Source of the DNA: Macrostomum lignano
Taxonomy: Eukaryota
DNA length: 64,000 bases
Assembly: GCA_002269645.1 (NCBI GenBank)
Contig: NIVC01000013.1
Span: 992,001-1,056,000 of the forward strand
Reading direction: 5' to 3'
The notes under the pieces were generated by a model, which was given only the letters and a program-made list of their open reading frames with translations, made no database searches and was not told the DNA's origin. The position numbers and the translations under genes are program-made. Within the stretch, counting starts at the first letter, position 1, and the number at the start of each line of letters is the position of its first letter. Positions 1-17,704 of this stretch are shown here, in pieces.

Positions 1-933
1 CCTTTTTGTATAATTATAGATAGGTCATGAGAATACAATTTGAGACCAATAGGCAAGACTGTAAACACGAAATATTTATAGGACAAGGAGTACAAAAATT
101 CACACTACACATTAAGTTTTCGCGCATTTTTTACAAGTATAAACCAGTTTTGACTAAATCCACATTCACCATCGACTCAGAAGTACGGACATTCAGAGCT
201 CAGAGAAAAATCATTCGGAGAAATTTATAAATTTGAAATCGTATCTTTATGGTTTAAAATATTATAGGTGATAGGTCTATTGCAAAAGCTGTACGAACTG
301 TCTGTTAACTTACTCAAAAACTTAGAACAACTATGTTAGCAATTTTATGAAATTCTGTTTAAAGACTACTTAGTATTTTGTTTTAATACTAGAAGAATTA
401 ACAGATTTAGTTGTTATATATTTAAATCAAACTAGTAGAACTCTACTAAAAATCAACTACAAACTTTAATGTACTCTTCTAACGATCGAGGTATTCAAAA
501 AGTTCGTAGCCTCATGCACTTTGGCTTGAGCTGCAGCTTTAGGACCGTAGGGAAGACATGCAATCCGCGGCCTTTGCCAGCTGCAGCTGTAATCATACAT
601 GCATGTACATGTACATGTAGCAGCTCAGCGGCCACGCCAGGTTGTCTTTTTAATATCACCTTCTTACTAGCAGCAGTTTCTTTAGCTGTATCACTTTCTT
701 CAATGTATACTGTATGATGCATGTATAGTAATAGCTCAAGATACATTTACATATATTTGTGTATAGAAATGACAAAGGACAAAATTTCCGCTAGCCCACA
801 AACGCATGCAGGCTGCGGGTTCAGCATTCAGCTGCAATTCAAATCGAATCCGATGGGATGCAAATGTATGTCCCGTAGCGCAATCCGACGTCGGGTTTTA
901 CATTAATTGGATTTGCTTTACTTATGAAGATAT

Positions 934-990
934 CAAGGACTTCTAGACTAGCCTAGACTAGCCTAGACTAGGCTAGTCTAGAAGTCCTTG
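934..990. repeat. Perfect inverted repeat (23-bp arms, 11-nt loop)
   Basis: CAAGGACTTCTAGACTAGCCTAG (934-956) is the exact reverse complement of CTAGGCTAGTCTAGAAGTCCTTG (968-990); the loop ACTAGCCTAGA repeats part of the arm. Confidence 0.9.
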
Positions 991-1549
991 GAAGATATAT
1001 GAAGTATAGAGATCTGCCGCGTGGCTATAAATGCACTGCAGTAAAAAAGCATTGCGGACAAACCTCGGCGGGCAAATCTAGCCGGGCAAATCTCGGCGGA
1101 CAATTCGTCTGCGGGCAAATCTCGTGCTCCCATTGAAGCTACATACATGTACGTGATGAGGACGCACTTTTTCCAAACCTCATGCGATCGCACATTGGCT
1201 CCAAACTTACTAGCCTACTAACAACAGGCTATGGGCATTTTTTATTCTCTTTATGTAATTTTCCTAGAATTCATACTAGTTATATGATTTTGCCATACTT
1301 GTAGTTCTACGAGTAATAACATAGATGCGGCTTTTGGGTCATAAATCATTGCTTTCGAGCTGGCCTGACAGCCACCTGCGCCTCACTCAATACTGAGGCT
1401 GGCGCCAGATGGTCTGAGAGGATGAGGGCGGTAGCTTAGCGATTAGTGATTTCTCTTCATTATCTTCACTTTCTACTTAATAAGAGCTTTCTAATTTATA
1501 TTTTTTCATTAATCTTTCTCATTTCTACGCGAAAGGTCATCAATCATTA

Positions 1550-3199
1550 TGTAGCGGTTTTGAGTGATTTATGACCGCATCTGTCGTATTTTTATGGCCC
1601 CGAGGAAACTGATAGGATCTTCTGGTCACGTGAGTTTGGGTGGCAACAAGCTCAGCCAATCAGAAAATTCGACGTGCGTTATAACAAATCAGCTCAGCCA
1701 ATTAGCGTCGAAGTGTTCCATTATAACAAATTGCGGTCCAGTTGGCGGCTATTTAAACTGGTGCTTTGGCCCGCTCGGACCCTACCTCCTGCTCCGCCTC
1801 CTGGGACTTTGGCCTAACTTAGACCTCCCGGAGCTCGACCGTCGTCTCTTGATCCCCGGATCGCGACTCCCCCCATCATCATCAAGGACGAATCCCCCCG
1901 ATCGTCAGCAGCGAACATCAAGATTAAGAACATCACCTGCTAGCTATCTGCGAAGATTGTGACATCAGCATCATCCTGGGCCTACAGCTGCGAAGCACTA
2001 AGCCGATTCGGTCACTGTGGATTACCTGGTCTCCGGCTGTTGAGTTTCTGATTGGTTGGGTGAGAGGCTACCTAGACTTGCTTGATTTGGTGATCCCTTA
2101 TCTGTCCCCTATTTCATTAGCTCATGGATTAGGCGCACACTTTTGCTCATTTTGTTCAGTAGTGCTGTTATTGAGGCAGAAATCACTTAATAATAATACT
2201 AATAGTTGTAGTCTGATACTCCAATCCAATCTGAAGTGTGAAGTGATTCGGTGAGAAGGTTACTGTAAATCTGACAGTTATTTTTATCGGTTTGTTTTTT
2301 TGTTCGCCGATGGCTCAGATGAGTAGCTAAGCTAGTAGGCGCGGGTCACAGTGGACCAATGGCAAGGCAGTTCTCAGTCGATCAATCTATCAAATCAGTT
2401 AGCAAAATTGCCAATAGTGCAAAATCGGCGCCAGAGATGTACTCTGTGCACTCTAGATTCGCCAAGCGGCTCGGGTAATGAATCATGCGGTCTCTGAAGT
2501 TCGAGTTAGCCTATCATCAGCGCTATGAGAGGCTAGTTGGCGCGTTGAAGGCCAAAAGTACATATCTTCGTATTTAGCAATGTAATAGTACATGTAGCTA
2601 CCCCATAGACTCGCCACTGCAAGAATCCCCTGCACAAGTCCCCTCTGTACCTGCATGGCCAATGCGATCTAGTCCCAGCAGTGTCCCTTATCATCGGCTA
2701 TGACTTCGAGATTGACAGCAAAAAGACACTAGTTGGCAGGTAAGCGCAAAGCCCCTTCTAGTCGGAAGCCCGATTTCGAAAGTTCCGGTTTGGTGAGCCA
2801 GAACGCACGGGCTGGTGGCAGCGGGTTAGTTAATCTGCGGATTGGCTAATCTCTACCTTCAAAATTCTCCCTGCTTGTCTCTCGTTGTCCCTCTCTTAGC
2901 TATAGGACCTAGACTGCTCGCCACAAGATCAGCTACCATGGGGCTGACCAGCTGACAGGAGTGGGGGGGCCAGGACTCTAATGGATTCATTTCTGAGACC
3001 TGAGGCCCGAAGTCTTCCACAAAGGAGCCGAAAAGGTCGAAACCCATCATACATCTATAAGCTATATGCAGTTCTTTAAGCAATTTAGTGCACTTTTAGT
3101 ACTAAATGTACTCTAGCTAAAATAACCAGTCGGCATAGAGAACTGTCTATGTCAGTGAGCTCAAGTCCGCATCGAACTCATAAGCCTAGCTAGGCTACA
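1550..3199 (+). mobile_element. Possible solo LTR or degraded retroelement segment
   Basis: Begins TGTAGC (1550) and ends GCTACA (3199), inverted termini as in LTRs. Contains duplicated CAGCCAAT (CCAAT) boxes near 1655 and 1695 and TATTTAAA near 1752. No matching TSD and no recognisable protein domain. Confidence 0.3.
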
Positions 3200-3602
3200 A
3201 AAACATTTTATAGACCAATTATTCACGCATATTTGGATTCGTTACACCAAGCTTAATTAATAACACCGTATACTTCTCAGAATAAACTTTAACCTTATAA
3301 TAATCACTTCCTCACTGCAAAGACGCGATGCAGATCCTGCATGCATTTGTTCTTTAACATTGCAAGCCTTTTTTCGAAATTGTAATGACATGTTCTGACA
3401 AATTCTATATTGAGCTCGTGTTCAAAGTAACAGGTAAGGTCAGTAGAGATTTTTAACAAACTTTTACTTCTAAATATTCAGGTTTTTTTTCAATAGGGGC
3501 CATTCCCGTGTAATAATTTAAATTAAATTTCACATTAACATTTAGTAAGATTATTAAATAATACTGCGTAATTTTAACAACAATTTCTGAATGAATCTTC
3601 AC

Positions 3603-3955
3603 TAATTGATGTGCTGCTGATGGTGACTGTGGATCACAGTGATTGATGTGCTGCTGATGGTGACTGTGGATCACAGTGATTGATGTGCTGCTGATGGTGA
3701 CTGTGGATCACACTGATTGATGTGCTGCTGATGGTGACTGTGGATCACACTGATTGATGTGCTGCTGATGGTGACTGCGGATCACACCACGGATCACACT
3801 GACTGATGTGCTGATGGTGACTGCGGATCACACCACGGATCACACTGACTGATGTGCTGATGGTGACTCCAGATCACACCACGGATCACACTGACTGATG
3901 TGCTGATGGTGACTGCGGATCACACCACGGATCACACTGATTGATGTGCTGATGA
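3603..3955. repeat. 37-bp minisatellite (TGATTGATGTGCTGCTGATGGTGACTGTGGATCACAG), later units with CACGGATCACA insertions
   Basis: Tandem copies with a 37-nt period read directly. Confidence 0.95.
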
Positions 3956-4698
3956 TATACACGGCAAATAGTCCCCGTGAATCAAGCTGCAAAACTTATC
4001 GAAATTGCTCGCACATTTTTGGGGACACATGAATTTCCCCTAAGCAGAATCTGCATTTTGTTTCATGCCGGGTCATATGCAGCGTGGCTAGGGTAGCTTG
4101 CAGCTAATATGAGGACAAAAGCACTGTTGAGGCGGTGTGCGGTACGTCGGGGGGAGGGGGTCGGTCGTACAGGTACTAGCAAATGTACGTACGTGCGCCT
4201 TAAGAAAAGAAAAACTGTACTGCATTGCACTATATTTGGGTCAGGCCGGCAAAGGGTGTTAGGCAGCTGATACGCGTACGGGGTTGGGGGCAGCTTATAG
4301 TCCATTTCGCGCAAACCCCCAGAAGGCGGCTGAAAGCAGGCAGGGGCCAACCAGGAAGCGCGGAGTTTCTGTTTGACACTGGGGGGGGGGTTCTGCTTGC
4401 AGCCCTCTTCTCTCTCTCCCCCTCCCTTCACCCCGTCCCCCAAGTCCGATCTCCCTGCCTCGCAGCTGTTTATAAAATACATAGCAGCCCTTCAGAAGCC
4501 GGGTGGCTCCCCTCAACTCGTGCCGTCCCGTTTGCTAAACTTGCAAATATTAATCTCGGTCAAACTTATCTGCCTAAACACGAGCAAACCTGAAAAGTTC
4601 ATTATTGGTCAATTGCTTTTCTTAGAACCGGTCAAAAACTTTGGTAAGTTAATAGAATAACTCCATAATCATACTATTACAATCAGTAGCTTTGAGTC

Positions 4699-5157
4699 GC
4701 TAAAGACACAGTATTGAGTTGCTAAAGACACAATATCGAGTTGCTAAAGACACAATATCGAGTTGCTAAAGACACAATATCGAGTTGCTAAAGACACAAT
4801 ATCGAGTTGCTAAAGACACAATATCGAGTTGCTAAAGACACAATATCGAGTTGCTAAAGACACAATATCGAGTTGCTAAAGACACAATATCGAGTTGCTA
4901 AAGACACAATATCGAGTTGCTAAAGACACAATATCGAGTTGCTAAAGACACAATATCGAGTTGCTAAAGACACAATATCGAGTTGCTAAAGACACAATAT
5001 CGAGTTGCTAAAGACACAGTATCGAGTTGCTAAAGACACCATATTGAGTTGCTAAAGACACAGTATCGAGTTGCTAAAGACACAATATCGAGTTGCTAAA
5101 GACACAGTATCGAGTTGCTAAAGACACAATATCGAGTTGCTAAAGACACAGTATTGA
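4699..5157. repeat. 22-bp minisatellite (GAGTTGCTAAAGACACAATATC)
   Basis: About 20 near-identical tandem copies. Confidence 0.97.
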
Positions 5158-5512
5158 TTCAATAGAGACAGACAGGTTTGGGCACTACATATTTAAGATC
5201 GCTAGAAACTATCAAAGCTGTCACTGAATTCATACTGTAGAGTGCTCTTCACGTGTGTCTCTCATGCTGAGCATATTTTGTCAGTTTAGAGCAGTCGCGA
5301 TGCAGACCGCATCATCTCTTAAAGATGTAGCAGCTCAAATTATTAGGACAATGAAAGGGCGAAATAGCAGAGTTTCTTTTAATTGCACTAAAATTGAGTC
5401 TGCGTTCTGTATAGAATGTACTGTGTCGCGGGTCTCGGTGAGACTTGAAATCTTTTTAAGAATAAGAGAGTGCATTTGGGGAATGGATTGTACTACAAAT
5501 TTGTTTAATAGA

Positions 5513-6042
5513 TACACCCAGTTTACCGCCCTACAGACACCCAGTTTACCGCTCTACAGACACCCAGTTTACTGCCTTACAGACACCCAGTTTACTGCCC
5601 TACAGACACCCAGTTTACTGCCCTACAGACACCCAGTTTACTGCCCTACAGACACCCAGTTTACTGCCCTACAGACACCCAGTTTACTGCCCTACAGACA
5701 CCCAGTTTACCGCCCTACAGACACCCAGTTTACCGCCCTACAGACACCCAGTTTACCGCCCTACAGACACCCAGTTTACTTCCCTAGAGACACCCAGTTT
5801 ACTGCCCTACAGACACCCAGTTTACTGCCCTACAGACACCCAGTTTACCGCCCTACAGACACCCAGTTTACTTCCCTAGAGACACCCAGTTTACTGCCCT
5901 ACAGACACCCAGTTTACTGCCCTACAGACACCCAGTTTACCGCCCTACAGACACCCAGTTTACTTCCCTAGAGACACCCAGTTTACTGCCCTACAGACAC
6001 CCAGTTTACTGCCCTACAGACACCCAGTTTACCGCCCTACAG
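5513..6042. repeat. 23-bp minisatellite (CAGTTTACTGCCCTACAGACACC)
   Basis: Tandem copies with a 23-nt period; explains the spurious 238-aa ORF. Confidence 0.97.
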
Positions 6043-6539
6043 ACTCGTAACGACATAATTTTTCACTCTTATTCAAACTGCGTAAATTTTCGAACAGCAC
6101 ATTAGCATGCGCAATTTTTTTCTGTAGAATCGCGGCAATTATTTGGGGAGCGTATCAGTTTTGCAGAGCACATAGTGCTGGCTCAAAATAAACATTATAA
6201 ACTGCACTGCATGCATCTCAGTCAACATGTATGTAGCATTTGTCATGCGCAAAAGTTTTACTTAACCGATGAAGTGCGTCGATCTGAGTTGCCCATGTAT
6301 TAATTACATGTATTGCACACAGCTTTAGCTGTAGCTGAATTCTATTCAACCAACTGTCAGCGATTGCTATTTTATTGACTTTATTATGTTGAAAAACGAT
6401 TCAGCAGATCTTGTGTTATTGAGCGATAATTAATAGATCTGCATGGATTGATTGCGCGCCAACAGCAAAACACACAAAACACACCCATTTGCTTTATTTG
6501 TGACATGGAATTGTCTGTATTATAGGTCTCGTCTCTCTT

Positions 6540-7625
6540 AGCTTTCCTTTCTCCCTCTAACCCTTTCCCTATCCTCTCCCCTCTCCCCTCTCTCCTCTCC
6601 TTCCCTCTCCCCCTCTCCTCTTCTCTCCTCTCCTCCCCTCTCCCTCTCCCTCTAACCTCTCTCCTCTTCTCTCCCCTCCCCTATCTCTCCTCTCCTTCCC
6701 TCTCTCCTCTTCTCTCCCCTCCCCTATCTCTCCTCTCTTTCCCTCTCTCCTCTCCTTCCCTCTCTCCTCCCTTCCCTTCTCTCCTCTCCTTCCCTCTCTC
6801 CTCTCCTTCCCTCTCTCCTCTCCTTCTCTCTCTCCTCTCCTTCCCTCTCTCCTCTCCTTCCCTCTCTCCTCTCCTTCCCTCTCTCCTCTCCTTCTCTCTC
6901 TCCTCTCCTTCCCTCTCTCCTCTCCTTCTCTCTCTCCTCTCCTTCCCTCTCTCCTCTCCTTCCCTCTCTCCTCCCTTCCCTTCTCTCCTCTCCTTCCCTC
7001 TCTCCTCCCTTCCCTCTCTCCTCTCCTTCCCTCTCTCCTCTCCTTCCCTCTCTCCTCTCCTTCTCTCTCTCCTCTCCTTCCCTCTCTCCTCTCCTTCCCT
7101 CTCTCCTCTCCTTCCCTCTCTCCTCTCCTTCCCTCTCTCCTCTCCTTCCCTCTCTCCTCTCCTTCCCTCTCTCCTCTCCTTCTCTCTCTCCTCTCCTTCC
7201 CTCTCTCCTCTCCTTCCCTCTCTCCTCTCCTTCCCTCTCTCCTCTCCTTCCCTCTCTCCTCTCCTTCCCTCTCTCCTCTCCTTCCCTCTCTTTTCTCCTT
7301 CTCTCTCTCCTCTCCTTCCCTCTCTCCTCTCCTTCCCTCTCTCCTCTCCTTCCCTCTCTCCTCTCCTTCTCTCTCTCCTCTCCTTCCCTCTCTCCTCTCC
7401 TTCCCTCTCTCCTCTTCTTCTCTCTCTCCTCTCCTTCCCTCTCTCCTCTCCTTCCCTCTCTCCTCTCCTTCCCTCTCTCCTCTCCTTCCCTCTCTCCTCT
7501 CCTTCCCTCTCTCCTCTCCTTCCCTCTCTCCTCTCCTTCCCTTTCCCTCCTCCCCCTTTCTCCATCTCAGTCCATCTCTGCCTCTACTCACTCCGCTCCC
7601 TCTTTCTCTCCTTTTCTCTCCCTTT
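6540..7625. repeat. Polypyrimidine CT-rich repeat, core 17-bp unit CTCCTTCCCTCTCTCCT
   Basis: About 1.1 kb of almost pure C/T, ending about 180 bp upstream of the carbonic anhydrase ATG. Confidence 0.97.
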
Positions 7626-7807
7626 CCATCACCCTCGCTTCTTTATTCGACAAATTTCCGATCTTTTCCCATTAAAACTGACAAACAAAAAGTAGAAAAT
7701 GTGATAGTAAATATCTCTAAAATAGCTTATTTCATAACAAAATTTTTTAGAATTTTCTTCAAGCGATAAAGTCGATAATAAAATTGCCTGATCAACAAAA
7801 CTGAGCA

Positions 7808-13921
<6,114 letters not shown>

Positions 13922-14157
13922 CTAGAACTAACACTCGTGTGCACACAGCTAGTACCAACATTATAGGTAGTAAGTAGTATTTATAGTAAAAACTACATAT
14001 TTTTGTGTTGTTAAGTAGCCACAAGTCCTAGTTTTGCTAATTGTCAGTCAAATTGATAATTCAACTTTTGATAATCCCCGTGGGAAACACGGAAAAGCTA
14101 CGCGTATTGAGAAATAAAGTGATTCTTAGAAAAACCTATCGTCATTTTACTCGTAAT

Positions 14158-15385
14158 TTCAAACTGCACTCTCTCCCATAGACTGCAGCAGAGTCAAGTG
14201 GATAATTCCAAACTGCACTCTCTCCCATAGACTGCTACACTGTCAATTGGATAATTCCAAACTGCACTCTCTCCCATAGACTGCTACACTGTCAATTGGA
14301 TAATTCCAAACTGCACTCTCTCCCATAGACTGCTACACTGTCAATTGGATAATTCCAAACTGCACTCTCTCCCATAGACTGCAGCAGAGTCAATTGGATA
14401 ATTCCAAACTGCACTCTCTCCCATAGACTGCTACACTGTCAATTGGATAATTCCAAACTGCACTCTCTCCCATAGACTGCTACACTGTCAATTGGATAAT
14501 TCCAAACTGCACTCTCTCCCATAGACTGCTACACTGTCAATTGGATAATTCCAAACTGCACTCTCTCCCATAGACTGCTACACTGTCAATTGGATAATTC
14601 CAAACTGCACTCTCTCCCATAGACTGCTACACTGTCAATTGGATAATTCCAAACTGCACTCTCTCCCATAGACTGCTACACTGTCAATTGGATAATTCCA
14701 AACTGCACTCTCTCCCATAGACTGCTACACTGTCAATTGGATAATTCCAAACTGCACTCTCTCCCATAGACTGCTACACTGTCAATTGGATAATTCCAAA
14801 CTGCACTCTCTCCCATAGACTGCTACACTGTCAATTGGATAATTCCAAACTGCACTCTCTCCCATAGACTGCTACACTGTCAATTGGATAATTCCAAACT
14901 GCACTCTCTCCCATAGACTGCTACACTGTCAATTGGATAATTCCAAACTGCACTCTCTCCCATAGACTGCTACACTGTCAATTGGATAATTCCAAACTGC
15001 ACTCTCTCCCATAGACTGCTACACTGTCAATTGGATAATTCCAAACTGCACTCTCTCCCATAGACTGCTACACTGTCAATTGGATAATTCCAAACTGCAC
15101 TCTCTCCCATAGACTGCAGCAGAGTCAATTGGATAATTCCAAACTGCACTCTCTCCCATAGACTGCTACACTGTCAATTGGATAATTCCAAACTGCACTC
15201 TCTCCCATAGACTGCTACACTGTCAATTGGATAATTCCAAACTGCACTCTCTCCCATAGACTGCTACACTGTCAATTGGATAATTCCAAACTGCACTCTC
15301 TCCCATAGACTGCTACACTGTCAATTGGATAATTCCAAACTGCACTCTCTCCCATAAGACTGCAGCAGAGTCAATTGGATAATTT
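14158..15385. repeat. 49-bp minisatellite, about 25 copies
   Basis: Unit GTCAATTGGATAATTCCAAACTGCACTCTCTCCCATAGACTGCTACACT; a few units carry the GCAGCAGA variant. Confidence 0.98.
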
Positions 15386-15949
15386 TTATCTATTTTTTAT
15401 TGATTTGACTAACAAAACCTAGATAAGATTCGAGTACACAAATTTGATGTGCACGTGCTGAACCAATCATATAGTGAAAAATCAATAAGTGCATTCTAGT
15501 AGATTTGCTTTAAAAAATTTAATTATATTTTTTAAATTGCGCGTACCAACTAGCTCAAGGTTTGTCGCTAGCTTTTTCTGCTTACAACATGTTGGATAGA
15601 CTACTCTTTAGTAGCTGCAATAGTAGTTATTTAGTAACATGATTCTTTTAAAAAGCATATTGCATCAGAGCAGAGTAGTGCATTGTCATTTTTCATCGTC
15701 TCATATACAAAGCTTAGTTCATAGTTAAATTTAATAAAGTACTAGATGACCTAACACCTATAAACTTTTCCGCTTCGTACAAATGGCACAAAACCAACCT
15801 TTGTTGAATTGTTGCACCTTCAGACCAGATAGAAAATAAATGAATTATTGTTTATTAATTTGTTGATTCAACCACACAATCAGATAGTTAGTCCGATATT
15901 ATTTACGTCGTTACGTGTTTGTTATTGTCTGCGGGCCAGATGAGAAAGT

Positions 15950-16200
15950 GGAATGGAAAGGGAATGGAAGACGAAAAATCAGAAGAGACGAAAGGCGGGG
16001 AATGGAATGAGAGAAAGATAAAAGAGGAAAGAGGGCAGAGGGAGAGAGGGAAGAGACAAGAGATAGAGAAGAGAGGGAGAGTGGAGAGAGGAGAGAGAGG
16101 AGAAGAGAGGAGAGAGAAAAGGGGAGAGAGGAGAGAGGGGTAGAGAAGAGAAGGAGAGGGGAGACAAGAGAAGAGAAAGAGCTGAGCAGAGAGAGACAAA
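15950..16200. repeat. GA-rich low-complexity tract
   Basis: Purine-rich (GA/GGA) run. Confidence 0.85.
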
Positions 16201-16224
16201 CCTGGCCGGATTGCCATTGTGAAG

Positions 16225-16302
16225 TTTCCAAAGACCCGAGGGCCGGATAGAGAGGCTTCACGGGCCGCGTATGGCCCTCGGGCGTGAGATTGCCGAGCCC
16301 TG
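16225..16302. mobile_element. Possible hAT/Charlie-type MITE end
   Basis: GGGCCGCGTATGGCCCTCGGGC followed by ...GCCGAGCCCTG resembles subterminal palindromes and CAGGG termini of hAT MITEs; the partner end was not found. Confidence 0.35.
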
Positions 16303-16339
16303 TGGACCTATTGGACAAAATGCAATGAGTTTGTGCATG

Positions 16340-16625
16340 TTGAGAGTCTGCAGAATATCTTTCATGACTTGAAGGTCGCGGGTTCGATTCCCGATCCAAC
16401 TGGAACAATTTGTGTCATTGAGCAAGACACTTAACTCTGCATTGCTTCAGTTCACCCAGCTGTAAAATGGGTGCCAGCATTAGCTGGGGAAATTAAGGAT
16501 GTGTGTGGCGACCCCCAAGTCCTTGGACTCAACAGCCGTACGCAGTCTTCAGATGCGCCGCGCAATGGCTGCGGCTGAGCTGTCGGTTGCACATCTGGCC
16601 ATCAGGGCAGGTGTAATCAATTGTT
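16340..16625 (+). mobile_element. tRNA-derived SINE with CORE-like central domain
   Basis: B-box GGTTCGATTCC near 16381, followed by TGTGTCATTGAGCAAGACACTTAACTC...CAGCTGTAAAATGGG, resembling the CORE-SINE conserved block. Confidence 0.75.
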
Positions 16626-17704
16626 ATTATTATAATTAATGAGAAATCTGACAGACTTAACATTTTTGTGTCCTGATATGATTGTATCTCTAATTATTGT
16701 AGTAAAAAGCAAATAGAATAAGCTATTTTTTAAATCATTTTATCTTGACAATAAGCGATATAATTTGACTTTATTAATTCAATTTAGGAAATCAGTATTT
16801 ACACACAACAGTAATAATAATTTGACAATTATAAAATATGAATAATGGATAGCGGCTATAAGGCATGCTTTCTAACAGTTTATCCATGCAATAGCAAAAC
16901 AATGAACAAACAGCGAGTATTTGAACAGGTAAAAAGCATAAATATGGCACTGTAAGCATAAAAGCATAGCAAGATTCACTGAAGGGAAGCTCATTAGAAT
17001 TATTTCAGATTTCAATTTCGTTTTGTTACATTACGAAAATGTATTTATTACTAACTTAAAAAAGACTCAATAAAAAACGTAGCTTACTACTTAAGGCGAA
17101 AGTAAAAAATGAGAAAAGATTTTTTTGAAATTGGTCAATAAAAAGCACCAAGGACTGCTGTAGTATAACAGGACCTAAAACTCAAAGAACCTGTAATTTT
17201 TTTTCGGAGGCCACTTTCTCGGGAAGAATATACACTGCTGAGATAGGAAAGATCATTGTTTTGATCACAGAATCAATAAAACTGCATTTTATCCCCTGTT
17301 ATACTACAATGGTGTCCTTGTAAAGCACTTAAAGCATATGCTAGATAATAATAGTATCCATGAGATGGGTAGCAGATAACTAAAAATTACCATGAATAAA
17401 TATATGTTAACAGATACAAACAATCGAAATGATTACAAGAGAGGTGTTGAATAGAAATTATACAGGAAACATTTTTAAAAAAGAAAAACAAGAACAAAAT
17501 CAACGATTTATGTTTAACTCCATATCTTCGAATGACTATTTCGCTGCAGAGATGCATTGCATTTTGCTTCCAGTGTTAGCTGAATACCAAGAAATAAATA
17601 TGATAAAGTTGCGCTTTGAAAACTGCAATAATCAAATACTACTACTGCTAGTAGCATATATTGAGAGAACCAGTAACTAGGTAAGCTTAGAGCAATTCAA
17701 ATTG

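Noticed and set aside
2985-3055. Hammerhead-ribozyme-like CTGA...GAAA arrangement
   Set aside because: The core lacks the CUGANGA spacing and no convincing stems I/III or NUH cleavage site could be drawn.
16340-16410. tRNA gene
   Set aside because: Only a B-box is clear, no cloverleaf can be formed, and it continues into a SINE body. The same applies at about 8930 and 51250.
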